Part shown: positions 39,475-53,687 of the stretch, in pieces | Position numbering within the stretch: position 1 is the first letter of the stretch | How the letters are laid out: the number at the start of each line of letters is the position of its first letter | Made by a program: the position numbers and the translations under genes | Source: Octopus vulgaris | Taxonomy: Eukaryota | DNA length: 64,000 bases | Direction of reading: 5' to 3' | Assembly (NCBI GenBank): GCA_951406725.2 | Contig: OX597826.1 | Span: 79,980,001-80,044,000 of the forward strand | Notes under the pieces: model-generated | The model's database searches: none | What the model was told of the DNA's origin: nothing | The model's input: the letters and a program-made list of their open reading frames with translations, nothing else

Positions 39475-41471
39475 TGAGAGAGAAATAGACAAAGAGACAG
39501 AGAAAGATAGATAGATAGATAATGTACATATGCAGTCCGTACACCTACACAGTAATATCTCCCCATACAACGGCCATCTTAACACAGCAATGTATTTACG
39601 CCCCTCTGTAATTAGCAATTTCACCACTCCCATACACCCCGCCCCTTTAACATGTACGTATTAAAGATTCTGTGCCTTGTTTGCTTTACTCTTGATCTCT
39701 GCATTATCGTCAGGTGCATCGATTCTAAGGAGGGGATAAATTTTAATTCATTTTCAAAAAAAATGTATATTATTCAATGATTATGATAATAATAGCAGCA
39801 GTTTGCTAGCATTATGCAAAATTGCAATGAACGGGGTCGTCTGTACTTTCAATTTGAGAGATCTCGGAGCGAAAATCGTAGAAGCAGAAATAACGAATGA
39901 TCTAGTTTTGATCCCCATTTTGAACCTATTATGTATCATTTACGCAGTTGATTTCCCTCCCTTTTTGAGAACCTTATAATTTGAAAACGCTAAATCAATA
40001 AATACTTTAAAAAAAATTTAAAATGGAATTTGTTGTACAGAAAGCAAATTGTAGTTTCGTTTTACACTTATCAAAAAAAAAGTGGCGCTCTTCTTTTCCA
40101 AGTGCATCGGGTGTGGATGAGAATTAAAAAATGACGGCCATCATGATTACCTCCACGAATCTCACTCCCGACAGTCTCCTCTTCTGTGTGTGGGGCGTTG
40201 CTTTCTTCTTTTAAGTAATGAAAATTGAAAACAAAGACCATAAAAAACAAACTCAAGTGTGACCAGTATTTCCAATCATATTTCGGTAGATCTCTACGGT
40301 AGATTAGTCCAGAGGAGAGAGAGAGGGGGGGTAGATTTATCCGGCATCTATTTACGACTTTGAGACCAAAGTTAAACTGTACAACTAATGAAATGCACAG
40401 AGACTATTTGAAGTTATTTACATTGACTATTAATTTTACTCAATACATGAAATTTTGCTGAAAGCAGTCAGGATTACTAATTCTTGTTATATTTTCTCCC
40501 CAAATGAAATTTACAAATTCAATGAATATTATATGAGAAAATTATAACTATCGACATATATATTACACATGCAACTAGCTATTTTCTTATTATAAGTCAA
40601 ATCATTGAGAATTCATTTAACATGTTTACATCCCCCTTTTATAGAAGTATTCTTTTAAACTCAAATATGATACATTAAGTATTTATATTTCCAGAAACAA
40701 AATATATTATCATCAATGCTGTCCGTTACTATAATTCATGTATGTGTTTGTGGGGTTGGCAGTAATTAGTACACTAGCTATTTATTAATGTCTGTTCTAT
40801 AAATATGTTACGAAACATGTTGCCTCGAGCAATCTCTAAATATATTTTCTTTTCTTGGAAAAATCAACTTTCTTCATTATAAAGAGATAAACACAGACTC
40901 TAATAATAGTATGCCTCTAACTTTTTCTGGCTTTTACGAAGAACTACCTAAAATAGTAACCTTTCGTAATGAAAAGTAATAATTGTAAATTTCCATGAAT
41001 TCTCTAATTCAGCAGAATCTATGAGGTTTCGAAAAGCTATGCCAGCAGGTTGGATGTCTGAATGCTTTAGTTCTTTGTAAGCAGACGTATTTTACCCAGA
41101 AAATTGTATTTAGTATAGCTAATATATATACATGTATATATAGTAAAGGTTGCTACCACTTGTATGTGGCTGTTCTATGCAGACCTATGTTACTATATTT
41201 TCACCGAAGGAAAACATTTTCTCCCGCTGCTAAAGACAAACAACCTATGCCTGTTTTCTTGTGAACAAAGAAGCGAACCACTCCCGCTCCAGCAGCAAAG
41301 CAGAACCAGTATACCGGTTCCTGGACTGCTTCCTGTCCTCAGTACTGGATGTTTGCCTGGTAGAGATGAACGACAGCTACTCCTCTTTGATCGCAATATT
41401 TAAACAAAGAATCGACTAAAAACCAGCTACTTTAGCTTGTTGCAATATCTGCGACTGATAGTCACTTCTTT

Positions 41472-41526
<55 letters not shown>

Positions 41527-41872
41527 TATATACATATGTATATATATGTTTATATACATACATACATATATATATTATACATGTATATATTCATATATAT
41601 ATACATATATAAATATATATGTAAATATGCATACACGCATACATACATATTTATATGTATATATATGTATATATTTATAAAAATATGTTTTCAGTAGTGA
41701 GATTTACCAAGGATGTGCAGATGTTTAGAACATTTAGAAATAGAAGGTCTTAACAGATGTTTCTAGTTTTTTTTTTTTATCCCATTACGGAAAATTTTTT
41801 TTATATATACACATGCTGATTTTTTACTTATGTTGGATCCCTTATTCACATAATCACCGAACCTGGAACTTA

Positions 41873-41911
41873 ATAAGTGCTATGGATAGACCGTCTATCC
41901 ATAGCACTTAT
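41873..41911. repeat. Perfect hairpin, 19-bp arms, 1-nt spacer
   Basis: ataagtgctatggatagac-c-gtctatccatagcacttat. Confidence 0.95.
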
Positions 41912-41972
41912 CCAACCTTACCTGACACCTTTGGGTCACACTCACATCACTACCTCTCATAACCTACATATA

Positions 41973-42020
<48 letters not shown>

Positions 42021-42153
42021 TAAATTAGAGATAAAACCACTATTTGGCAAATCAAACAATGAAAAACTTAAGTCAATACATAAAATTAATTAATTTATAT
42101 TATTTTAAATATATATCAAAATTATTAAAAGTTTAATAAAAGATAATGAGTAA

Positions 42154-42228
42154 AACACTACGATCGTTTCATGGCTGTTCAATTCGTAATAATTCGAGTT
42201 ATGGTTACAGTCAATCTTCAGGTAATTG
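42154..42228 (-). ncRNA. Degenerate hammerhead ribozyme
   Basis: Minus strand: auuac-CUGAAGA-uUGACUGU...ACAGCCAu-GAAA-CGAUCG-UA-guguu; helix I is weak. Confidence 0.55.
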
Positions 42229-42272
42229 AAATATTTATCTTAGCGAGGTTTAGCAATGAAATATATGTATAC

Positions 42273-42307
<35 letters not shown>

Positions 42308-42327
42308 CATACATATATATATGTATG

Positions 42328-44143
42328 CCCTCTAATTGACGAAACTGGCACTCTCCAAGATAAGGCCAAATCCATGGCCGAGATACTGCAGAAACAATAC
42401 TGCTCTGTTTTCAGCAATCCTGATATGGCCGATCTGGGCTGTATCAGTGATGTCAACCCCCAACACACTATATCGGACATAACGTTTAGTGCCCCTGATG
42501 TCTTAGCGGCGATAAACGAAATAAAACACAATTCAGCAGTAGGCCCCGATAGGTTCCCTGCTTGTGTCCTGAAGGTGTGTCGACACCAACTTGCATCCCC
42601 CTTGCTAATCTGTGGAGAAACTCACTGGATGCTGGCTATATTCCAAAAAACCTTCTGTCCCAGTCTGTTGTCCCAGTTTTCAAAAAGGGAAACAAGTCCC
42701 TTGCAGTGAATTACCGTCCGATCTCACTCACCTCTCATATCATCAAGGTATTTGAGAGGGTGGTGAGATCTCGAATAACCCAATTTCTGGAAAGCAACAG
42801 ACGGCTGATCTCCAACCAACATGGGTTCCGTAATGGAAGGGACTGCCTAACGCAGCTCCTGCATCACTTTGAGGACATTTTGAGAGCTTTGGGAGAGGGC
42901 TCCAACACCGATGTCATCTACCTTGATTTCAGTAAGGCCTTCGACAGGGTCGATCACAAGATCCTATTGAAAAAACTATCCAACATTGGTGTCTCTGGAA
43001 AGTTACTGAAATGGATCAAGTGTTTCCTGACAGACAGATCTCAACATGTTGTAGTTGAAGGGGTAAAATCAAGCCCAGCCAAAGTCAGTAGTGGCGTTCC
43101 GCAAGGCACTGTGCTGGGCCCACTTCTTTTCATCATTTACATTAATGACATTAATGACATCATCAAGCACAGCAACATAAAAATTTTTGCAGATGACTCC
43201 AAGCTACAGGTCATAAATGAGGCGAGTGACCGGACATGCCTTCAGTCAGATCTACTGGCTGTTATCCAATGGGCAGAAAAAAACAATATGCTGCTGAACG
43301 AGGATAAATTTGAGCTAATCCACTTTGGAAAAGAGGATGCCCTGAAACTCCCATACTCCCTTCCTTCAGGTGAAACTCTCGCGGCGTCCAACAACATCAG
43401 AGACCTGGGAGTAATTGTGGACAACAACATAAGCTGGGCCACTCATATAAACACCAAAGTTGACATGGCCCGGAGAATGTGTTCCTGGATTCTCAGAACT
43501 TTCCAGTCGAGAGATATCCACACCATTATCCTTCTCTTCTCCACTTTTGCCCGACCCCACCTTGAATACTGTTGTCCGCTGTGGTCTCCCCACACAATAC
43601 AAGGTATCATAAAAGTTGAAGCACCTCAAAGGGCAATCACAAAAAATATAGATGGCATGACAGGCCTCGACTATTGGGGTCGACTAGAAAAGCTAAAACT
43701 CTATTCTCTCCAACGTCGTCGTGAGCGCTACATCATCTGCATGATGTGGAAAATATTCCATCAACATTGCCCAAATGATGTTGGCATCACCTTTAAGGTA
43801 CATCCAAGGCTTGGGCCCCGTGCCATCCGCCCAAAACAAAAATCGCACTCTCATCTCATAACAACAATACGGCACAATTATTTCACCTCAATTGGCCCCG
43901 CTCTCTTTAACATTACACCAAAACACATTAAAACAGAAACTGACCCTATAGGGTTCAAGAAGTCTTTGGACAGATTCCTTCAAGAAATCCCGGATAAACC
44001 CCCTACACCCGGATATGTCTCTGTAAACAATAACTCTCTACTTGAGTGGGCCATAGTGCCCAAATTCTGACTTGAAAGACTTCACCAGGTGGTGCTATTA
44101 AGTTAGATATGGCCTGGGCCAATAATGGCCGAAACCTATCAAA
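42328..44143 (+). mobile_element. 5'-truncated non-LTR retrotransposon (CR1/L2-like) inserted in (TA)n
   Basis: ORF2 RT region plus a short 3' UTR with a ggcc-aataat-ggcc stem-loop; (TA)n on both sides. Confidence 0.92.
42374..44070 (+). pseudogene. LINE ORF2 reverse transcriptase with one frameshift near 42600
   Basis: SAVGPDRFP, NYRPISLTS, QHGFR, YLDFSKAFDRVDH, SGVPQGTVLGPLLF, FADD, RDLGV, RPHLEYCCPLWSP, LYSLQRRR; frame switch at the C-run ~42597-42601 joins ORFs 42374 and 42562. Confidence 0.95.
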
Positions 44144-44297
44144 GTATATATACATATATATATATATATAGAAAGGAACTCTAATCTCTCTTTTATATTT
44201 TGATAAGCATAACAAATGCGCAACCGGTAATAAGAACTTTCACCTAATTAAATTACTTAAATTACTTCAATTATTTGTCAGCATTTTCTTCATTTCC

Positions 44298-44406
<109 letters not shown>

Positions 44407-44743
44407 AGCGTCATGTGACGGGTAACTATGGAAATCTGGAAATGTACTTTTGCAATATAAGTAAAATCAAAGAAATATGGCATACTCACCATAATTATAA
44501 TTTAACTGTTATGAAATTCCTTGCCAATTTTCAAACAGAAAATATTTCTGGCTTTAAAAAAATTCAAAATAACAAATTTCTATTTGCAATAAATGTACAT
44601 TACTATTTTTTAAATTTTATCATCGTAATTGGTCCTTACTCCAGCGAAAACATATCTTTGCAACATTTCATTAACGAAGAGTATTTGCCACAATATTATA
44701 AGGCTCAGAATACGCAGTATTGTACGAAACAAATATATACATA

Positions 44744-44807
<64 letters not shown>

Positions 44808-44820
44808 GTATATACATACA

Positions 44821-44855
<35 letters not shown>

Positions 44856-44964
44856 TATATACATATATATATATGTATATATATGTATATACACATATAT
44901 ATATATATATATATATATAACATACATATATATATATGTATATATATGTATATATATGTATATA

Positions 44965-45004
<40 letters not shown>

Positions 45005-45035
45005 ATATAAGCATATGTCTTATTTATTATTTTGT

Positions 45036-45073
<38 letters not shown>

Positions 45074-45464
45074 ATATATATTGGAAGTTTATGAAAGAGA
45101 AATTTGAAATAAATTACCAAAATGCAATTATTTTTACACGTTTCTTTTTCTTTGAAAAATGTCTTATTTTCTAGTCCGCTATCTTCACAAATTAACTGCA
45201 CCATGTTGTTGAGAGACGGAATGCTGAAAGCACTGGTAATCAACGTACTAATAATTGAGTTGTATAAAGAAATCCCAAAAATATTTCACTTTTCATCTAA
45301 ACTGAGGTCCCTGATAAATTGCTCTTATTGACTTACGTAACGAAGTATAAATACTGACATAGGGTCTGACATACATATAAACATACAACATAAATACGTA
45401 CATACATGCATACAGTATACAAACATACATACGTATATATATATACATACGCACAGACACACGC

Positions 45465-45502
<38 letters not shown>

Positions 45503-45559
45503 TTTAAAGATAGTAGGCCCCTACATCTCACCATATAAAAAGAATTTTTAATTTTTATT

Positions 45560-45902
<343 letters not shown>

Positions 45903-45929
45903 CAAAATAAGCAACAAGAATGACTCCGG

Positions 45930-46025
45930 TAATTTGGTACGATCGTTTCATACTACATCATTTTATTAAGTGTTGTAAGTATTAAAATGCAGTTTTAAAA
46001 TGCTGAGCACTCATCAGCCAATTAT
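45930..46025 (-). ncRNA. Minimal type I hammerhead ribozyme with long helix II insertion
   Basis: Minus strand: UAAUUUGG-CUGAUGA-GUGCU...AGUAU-GAAA-CGAUCG-UA-CCAAAUUA; perfect 8-bp helix I. Confidence 0.85.
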
Positions 46026-46167
46026 AGAGGTTTTCCATTAATACTAAAATCTTCATATCAAGTGGCAACATTATAGACAAGGTAGATATATAGACAAAGA
46101 TGTGGATTTAAATTTTAAGAACATTTCAGGTAGTGGAGCCCATCAACTGACTGACTAAGATTCGGTC

Positions 46168-46221
46168 GTTCCAGACTACTGTAAGGTTCTGAGAGGAAAG
46201 AACCTTACAGTAGTCTGGAAC
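46168..46221. repeat. Perfect hairpin, 23-bp arms, 8-nt loop
   Basis: gttccagactactgtaaggttct-gagaggaa-agaaccttacagtagtctggaac. Confidence 0.95.
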
Positions 46222-46636
46222 AACATGGGGGCATTTTAAATTTTTATCCGGGACGTCCTACGTCCCATATATAAGGGTAAAAATAAAATATTTCCACTTT
46301 GCAAGGTTCGAATCGAGTACTCCCTTGCACGCTCCGTTGACTCGAACCTTGCTTCTATTTTGGCGAATTTACTGCCTTTGATTAGATATCTATCATAGAC
46401 GCACCAAGACACATTTCGATGGTGCTTTCCTCCAGGTGTTCAAATCGTTTTCTTTTCTCTACATTGTATACTTTATAGACAATAGTCTTTTCTTTAATTT
46501 TTTTTTTCTATTTCGTTTGGAGGTGTTATCTTAGATTCACCGTCTTTGTCGGTGATCAACCCGCAATAGGTTTGTATTTCTTCCATTTTAATTTTAATGA
46601 GTTCGCGCCCGCCGACGGCTGCAGCGAAATTCATTT
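46222..46636 (-). pseudogene. Probable LINE ORF1 (gag-like) N-terminal remnant
   Basis: With two frameshifts it reads MNFAAAVGG...KTIVYKVYNV...YLIKGSKFAKIEARFESTERAREYSIRTL...PLYMGRRTSRIKI*NAP. This resembles the (S/N)(Y/F)AAAV start and RRM-like pattern of L1/Tx1-type ORF1; pattern recognition only. Confidence 0.5.
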
Positions 46637-46764
46637 TTGGACTTTCTTCTATCGAAGAAAATATTTCCATATAAACGGTGAAAATATTGTCAATTTCTCC
46701 AAACAGGGACACAATTCAATTTTTAAACAATAATCATAGCTCCTTCTCTCACTCCACCCCCAGG

Positions 46765-47287
46765 GCATTTTCAAGTCAGCAATCCAACTGATTTCTTTAC
46801 CACTGCAGATATAAAATCAGAGGCAGCGATGATTGATTACATCAATATAAAGGAAGACGATGTAATAAAGGCTATAGACGAAATGAAAACAAACTCAGCT
46901 ACTGGCCCCGATGGATTCCCAGCAATCCTTCTAAAAGTATGTAAGAGAGTCCTAGCAAGACCACTGCAGTTCCTCTTTCAGAGCTTCCTTGCAACTGGCA
47001 AACTTCCAAGAAAACTGAAGGAAGGTAAAATATGCCCTATTCATAAAGGAGGTAGCAGAGCGGAGGCCAAGAACTACAGACCTATTTCTCTGACCTCACA
47101 CATCAGCAAGGTCATGGAACGAATAGTCAGAAGGAAGCTAATCACCTTCCTTGAAGAAAATGACTTGCTGCCTGACACCCAACATGGTTTCCGACCAGGA
47201 AGAAGCTGCTTAACTCAGCTCCTACAACACTATGACTGGGTGCTGAAACGACTGCTCATCCACTCAAATGTGGAAGTCATATATCTC

Positions 47288-47291
<4 letters not shown>
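46765..47291 (+). pseudogene. Second LINE RT fragment (CR1/L2-like, distinct family), cut off by (TA)n
   Basis: SATGPDGFPA, PIHKGG, NYRPISLTSHISKVMERIV, QHGFRPGRSCLTQLL, VIYLD, then (TA)n. Confidence 0.93.
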
Positions 47292-47361
<70 letters not shown>

Positions 47362-47744
47362 GTCCGAAACAGTGGATTTTCCACTCTCCTCGATAAGTTC
47401 ACAGTAGTCATTTTGTTGATTTTATTCATATATCTTGCTGAGTCCCAACAACCCCTTTCTCTCTCTGGAACCCTTTTGATCGTGCACATACGCGCACACT
47501 CACACATAGACACAGACACACGGACACATACACACCCAACCACGCACACACGCAAAAACACACACATATATAAATACATACACACACACACACGCACACA
47601 TATATGCGACTGATTGTCGGTGTGCATATGTGTATGCATGTGTCTGTGTGCATGTGTTAGTGTATGTATATATGTATATACATACATGTATACAAATACA
47701 CTTGCTTATGTATATGTACATTTTACTAGATACTAATATTATGC

Positions 47745-47775
<31 letters not shown>

Positions 47776-48659
47776 CATATATATGTGTGTGAAGATGTGG
47801 GTTTTGTGCGAGAATACACCTATTATATTCGTGTCACTTAGTATGTAACAAAACTGTCTCTTTGTTAACACATTGTAGCATAGATTTTGTTATGTTTTGT
47901 CTATTTGGAAGATGTTTGATGCTACAAGAGGCATCTGTCATTTCAGAATGTGTTCCGATATTTTTGACGCCATTTTATCGGCGAATTTTTCTCAAGTCTT
48001 TTATTTTACATTTTTAACAAGAAATAAGGCTTCCTTATCTTTGTTCGACTTATTCTATTTTCTGCTTAAAAAAAAATCTTTAAAACCATTATTCAGGTTT
48101 TGTTACCTTTTTTTCAGCGACAGATTCAATATTTTATTTACTTTCCCATCAAATCCGCATATATCATTGTACCATTATGATATAATTAACAAGTGGTAAA
48201 ACCTATTGTTGGAAGAGATGTCTTTCACCAGAGTTAAAGGAAAGCAGATGGAATCAGTGTCAAGACAATAATGTTTATTTTCCTAATAGTCTTTCTGACA
48301 ACATTTTAGAGCCGTTCAATTATTTGTTGCTTTTATTTTATCTTTGAATTCTTCGAATAGAAATCTTGAGATTGTTCCGAAAACATATCATTTGTTGTCA
48401 ATGTAAGAAAAGCATTTCTTTGCTATTCAATTTGTTTATGTTTTAGTAATGTTAAGAATTCATTTTCTTTCTATGTTGACCTATGCCTTTTTTTTTACAT
48501 TTTAATTTCCTCTCTCCTTAACTCTACAGAATTTCTAGCCGGGGAATAACATTTTTACAGCTAACAACTAATTTTTTTTTAAAGATGTACCACTGTCTGT
48601 TTCTTCCATTTTATAGCACAACGCTACTGAATGAAGAAAGATTCCCACGATAATGATGC

Positions 48660-48990
48660 CCAATTTGTATTTATTTTACCGATCCCAAAAGGAAGAAGGG
48701 TACAGATCGAACTTGGCGGGATGTGAACTCAGGACGTAAAATCGGGGAAAATCCCACTAATTGTTTTGTCGGACGTGCTAATGGTTTTGCCCTCTCACCG
48801 GCCTCAACAAAGATTCCAGGGGAGGCAGAATGTTGATTTCATCGCCCGGTGTTTAACTGGTATTCCTTTCAATGCCCTCGAAAAGAGGAAAGGCAAGGCA
48901 ACCTCAGAGGAATGTGAAGTGGGAATGTAAAGTCGAATGTAAAGCTGCTAAGAATGTTTTCGTATGCAGGAGCAATTCTGCCACCTCGCT
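48660..48990 (-). mobile_element. Two old, degenerate family A SINE copies in tandem
   Basis: cgatcccaaaaggaagaagg...ggcgggatgtgaactcaggacg and ctcgaaaagaggaaaggcaaggcaacctcagaggaatgtgaa. Confidence 0.6.
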
Positions 48991-49003
48991 GTCCTCAACG
49001 CAG

Positions 49004-49041
<38 letters not shown>

Positions 49042-49951
49042 TATTACTTTCTTGCGGAGGAGGTGATAAAATCGATATTGCCATCGGCAAAGATGACAGC
49101 ATTAGGATTTTGTTGTACATTAGAACTGAGTGTTTACGTGAGGTGGGTCGATGCAAAGGTGACGATGATGACGATGATGATGGCGAAAGTAGTAAGTGTA
49201 ATGAAGGTGGAGGAGTTGTTAATGATAGCAAAGGTAACGTCGCAGAAAGAACGAGGTGAGAAGTTTACTTTCGTTGTAGGCAAAACAAAAAAAAGGTCCA
49301 GAATGACTTTCGTTTGGCCAAGTGTGTATTTGAGATTTGGTATTGACAAAAATGTCGATCGGGCAGTTCATATTAACGTTGTTCTCAGCTGGGATGTCAT
49401 TTGTTTTCTTCGTTTTGTTTCTTTCTGCTTTAAAACATTTTTGCTATTTCGTTTATCTCTGTATACTCAAGTCCATGCCATTACGTTCGTATCTGTTTGC
49501 TTAGCTGAATATTCTGCATCGCAAGCTTGTGCGTATTGTGAAGACCAAAAAAAAAAAAAAAAAGAAGCAAAACCGACATCTTTATTCTTCTGAATTCTTT
49601 CTAGATAGATAAACTAAATTGTTCAGTTGCTGCAGTTCACTTTCAGAACAAATTCAAAAAGAACTGCTTGTCTATGCCATAAATCCATGACATTTACGAA
49701 TAATAGGAAAATATCGCTAGCATCGTTCAGAAGCAACTGATTATCATAATAACAATGATAATAATAATGATAGTGATAATGATAATAACAATAATAATAA
49801 TAATTAATTTCTCTTTTAGGCAAAAGGCTTGAGATTTTGGGGTGGGCTATAATCAATTATATCGGCCTTCAGTGTTCCTCTGGTACTTATTTCATTGACC
49901 ACGACTACAATTGTTAACGATCATGATTGATACATATTTAATAAAAAGCAA

Positions 49952-49988
<37 letters not shown>

Positions 49989-50349
49989 GAAAAACACATG
50001 CATGCATGGAGAAGAGAGAGAGTGAAATATCAATGCAATAACGGCTGTAAAAAGTTTTATAATTTATAAATCCATAGAATGTAACGTTAAGTGTTATGTC
50101 TATAAATGATATTCTTTCAAATATCAAATATACCCATCATTTAAACATGAGAATGGCTAAATGAAGCGCATTAAATTAAGATTTAAACTTAAACTAATCC
50201 AGTGAAAAAGAAAAAGAAACAAACACATAGAATTTTGGCGATACCTGAAATTATTTTCAATGCGGGGTGTTTGTTTACATATTTCAGATTTTATCAAGAG
50301 TAGATGCTGAGATATGCAAAACTTCCAGTAGCTTTATACTGATACTCCG

Positions 50350-50409
<60 letters not shown>

Positions 50410-50418
50410 AGGCATACA

Positions 50419-50454
<36 letters not shown>

Positions 50455-50501
50455 TATCATGTATATTCATGATATATATATGTATGTGTGTGTGTGTATG
50501 A

Positions 50502-50544
<43 letters not shown>

Positions 50545-51952
50545 TATATATCTGTATGTATACATATATGTATATAAATACATATGTGTATATATATATG
50601 TATATATGTGTATATATATGTGTATATATATGTATATATGTCTACATATAAATATGTCTTTATATATGTATATATATATATGCATGTATGTCTATGTATG
50701 CACACACACAAACACGCACACACACACACGCACACATATATATATATATATGTATATTCCACAATGTCTTCCCTTCACCATTCTGTATGCAAAAAATATA
50801 AATAAAAGGATCTTATTCTATTATTGAAATATACATTATTCAGGATTAGGGATTTCAGAACTTAATGCCATCATTTAATTCTATAAAGATATTCTATAAA
50901 GTACGGCTCTATTATGTGTTTACGAGACATGATGTATGTGTGTTTGTTTTGTTGTTTTAATTGCTGTTTGGGTATTTTATCATAATTTATCGGTCAGATC
51001 TATGACACTTTCGTGTGATCTGTGTGCTACGATACACAGTTCCATTAAAACATATATTTACCTGGCAATCCATGATGTATCATTGTGGAAGTCCTATTCG
51101 TTATTTTGTTTGAAAGTGTGGTCAATATGTAACCTGTGATAATTCACATCGTGCTGTTTTCTTTTCGTCCATTTTGCTGTGATTTGTTGTAGAAATATGC
51201 AACACTCAAGCAAGACCTGTGCTAACCCATGGTTACATAAATTATTTATATACAAATCCTGTTTGAATGACATACGCGAATAAAGTATGTTGCATGTGTT
51301 TTTTCTCTAACAATTCTGTTTTCTATTTTTCTCAAGAATATTGTAAAAATATTTAATAGAATTAGTATTTTTATATTTTGGGTGTTGAAATGGTTATTTA
51401 ATTTTTGTTTTGTTCCATCACTATTACCTGCTCCTTTTGTATAAATAAGACTTTATTATCTCCTGAAACCCACCCCGTTTTCAAGACGGCGGAGTATTAC
51501 TTGACCCTATGAGCGCGGAAAGCGCATATATCCCCTCAGATTTGTATTATCGATAACTGAAGAAAGCGGTTTTACTGCAAAGCTTTTCAAACAAATATAT
51601 GAATAATGCTCTCCTTATGCTGCGAGAAGTGGAGATAGCCCCTGTAACACTCTTTGCTAAACACAGTTTTTCGCGTTTAAAAACTTTTTTCTCATATTTC
51701 ATCAAATATCATTCTTACAGAACAAGAACCAAATGCTTTTAGTTGAGGTCACGAAAACTGCCATTACACGAGAAACAGTAAAAGTATTGCAGAAGCAGAA
51801 ACTATCAATTCTATATTTCGATGAATAAGTGACATCGTTACGGGAACAACCATAAAATTTAATTATGCAGTTAAAGGATTAAAAAGGAAATCATTCTAGC
51901 CGTTCAAAATACCACATAAACTAGTTTTTTTCTCTAATATATGACTCGTCTA

Positions 51953-52381
51953 AGTCGCCGAACTGGCAGAACCGTTGGCACGCCGGGCGAAATGCTTAGC
52001 GGTATTTCGTCTGCCGTTACGTTCTCAGTTCAAATTCCGCCGAGGTCGATTTGCCTTTCATCCTTTCGGGGTCAATAAATTAAGTACCAGTTACGCACTG
52101 GGGTCGATGTAATCGACTTAATACCTGTGTCTGTCCTTGTTTGTCTTCTCTGTGTTTAGCCCCTTGTGGACAATAAAGAAATAAGAAACGTTAGCACTCC
52201 GGGCGAAATGCTTAGCGGTATTTCATCTGTCTTCAAGTTCTGAGTTCAAATTCCACCGAGGTCGACTTTGCCTTTCATCCTTTCAGGGTCGATAAATTAA
52301 ATACCAATTGCGTACTGGGGTCGATCTAATCGACCGCCTCCTCCCCCAAAATTTCGGGCCTTGTGCCTAGAGTAGAAAAGA
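51953..52381 (+). mobile_element. Head-to-tail dimer of family A SINEs with two different tails
   Basis: Unit 1 (51953-52185) ends tagccccttgtggacaataaagaaata; unit 2 (52186-52381) ends cctagagtagaaaag. Confidence 0.9.
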
Positions 52382-53411
52382 CTTTGTTTACTTTCTCTTC
52401 TTTCTTTTCTTTTTTTGTGATGCGTGACCAAGTTCATTGCTTGAATTGGGAACATCACTGAAGACATAACAGAGCTCTTGTTGTTTTCATTCTCGTCTTT
52501 GGGTCTTGGTGTATAGCACTTTGGATTACTTGTCTGTATGAAAGGTTTATTCTCCCATGCTCTTGTACATTTTCATATTCTTATTTCATTCAAGCCGATT
52601 CTTCCCTTTCATTTACTGTCATGTGTTATCTGCTTACATCTTGATGAATTGTGACACAAAACGTACACCTTTCCTAGATGCAATATATTCTAAACTTGCG
52701 TACTTCATGTAAAAAATACTAATATATGGAAATGAAAATTTATTACCGCCAAAGTGTGAGTTGGTTTTCCAACAATTGATAAAACCAGATTCAGTGTCAG
52801 GATTCTTTATAGGTTGCACGAAATGAATTAGCAGTGCATAAGGAAAAGCATTTTATGAACTTGAACGGTGTGAGTTTTATAAACCGAATGACTGAGAATA
52901 TTTGTAAATATTCATAAAGCTTCCCATTTCGAATTCGCAAAAACCTATCGTAATAAAATTGAACGTAAAAATTAATCAATAGTTTAACAAATTGAAACGT
53001 TTTTCAATTGAACTAATTTAATATATTGCGAGAAAACAAGACGAGTAAGGTAAGATAAAATTTTAGTAAATAGTATTAGAATGATACTCAAAGTGGTACG
53101 GAATGCATCATAGCGAACTAGAAGGGACATGCTGTGTCTGTTTTATCAAATCAATTTTGTTATATAAAAAAAACAAAACAGAAACGTAATATATAAAAAC
53201 AATCCCAGGAAACTGTTGCTGGCCTTCTGGAAAACTTATATAGTGAGGTTCATGTGGTTGAGCACGTATACAAGTCAACAGACAGATACCACATATGTAC
53301 GTATATGTGTATGTATATGTCTAAATATATAAATATATGGCTATGTGTTCGCATATACATACATACATACATATATATATATGTGTGTGTGTGTATATGT
53401 ATATCTAGGTA

Positions 53412-53484
53412 AATGCAGCTGATGAAGACTAATCAAATTTATGTTGTCAAACGTATTTGAAGAGTCTGAAACCGGTCCTGCATT
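53412..53484 (+). ncRNA. Minimal type I hammerhead ribozyme, best example
   Basis: AAUGCAG-CUGAUGA-AGACU...AGUCU-GAAA-CCGG-UC-CUGCAUU; 7-bp helix I, 5-bp helix II base, ACCGGU palindrome, GUC site (cleavage 3' of 53477); in an insert ~53405-53669 between microsatellites. Confidence 0.9.
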
Positions 53485-53687
53485 ATCCGATTCTAGGTTG
53501 TCCATTTATCAGATGTTCTTCCTAGAGGTAAGACAATTTTTTTTCATGCTTGTTGCACACACGCGTCTTTGCTAGTATATACACAGTGAAGCTATACAAT
53601 AGCGTCGTATTTATTACGATTGCTATTTTCCAGTAAATATTGGTACCTTGTTGTACCATTTATCTGTTTATATATATATATATATAA

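Noticed and set aside
41164-41403. GC-richer ORF pair as a coding exon
   Set aside because: No recognisable motif or convincing splice sites.
44105-44140. ggcc-aataat-ggcc-gaaac as a hammerhead
   Set aside because: No CUGANGA; better explained as the LINE 3' stem-loop.
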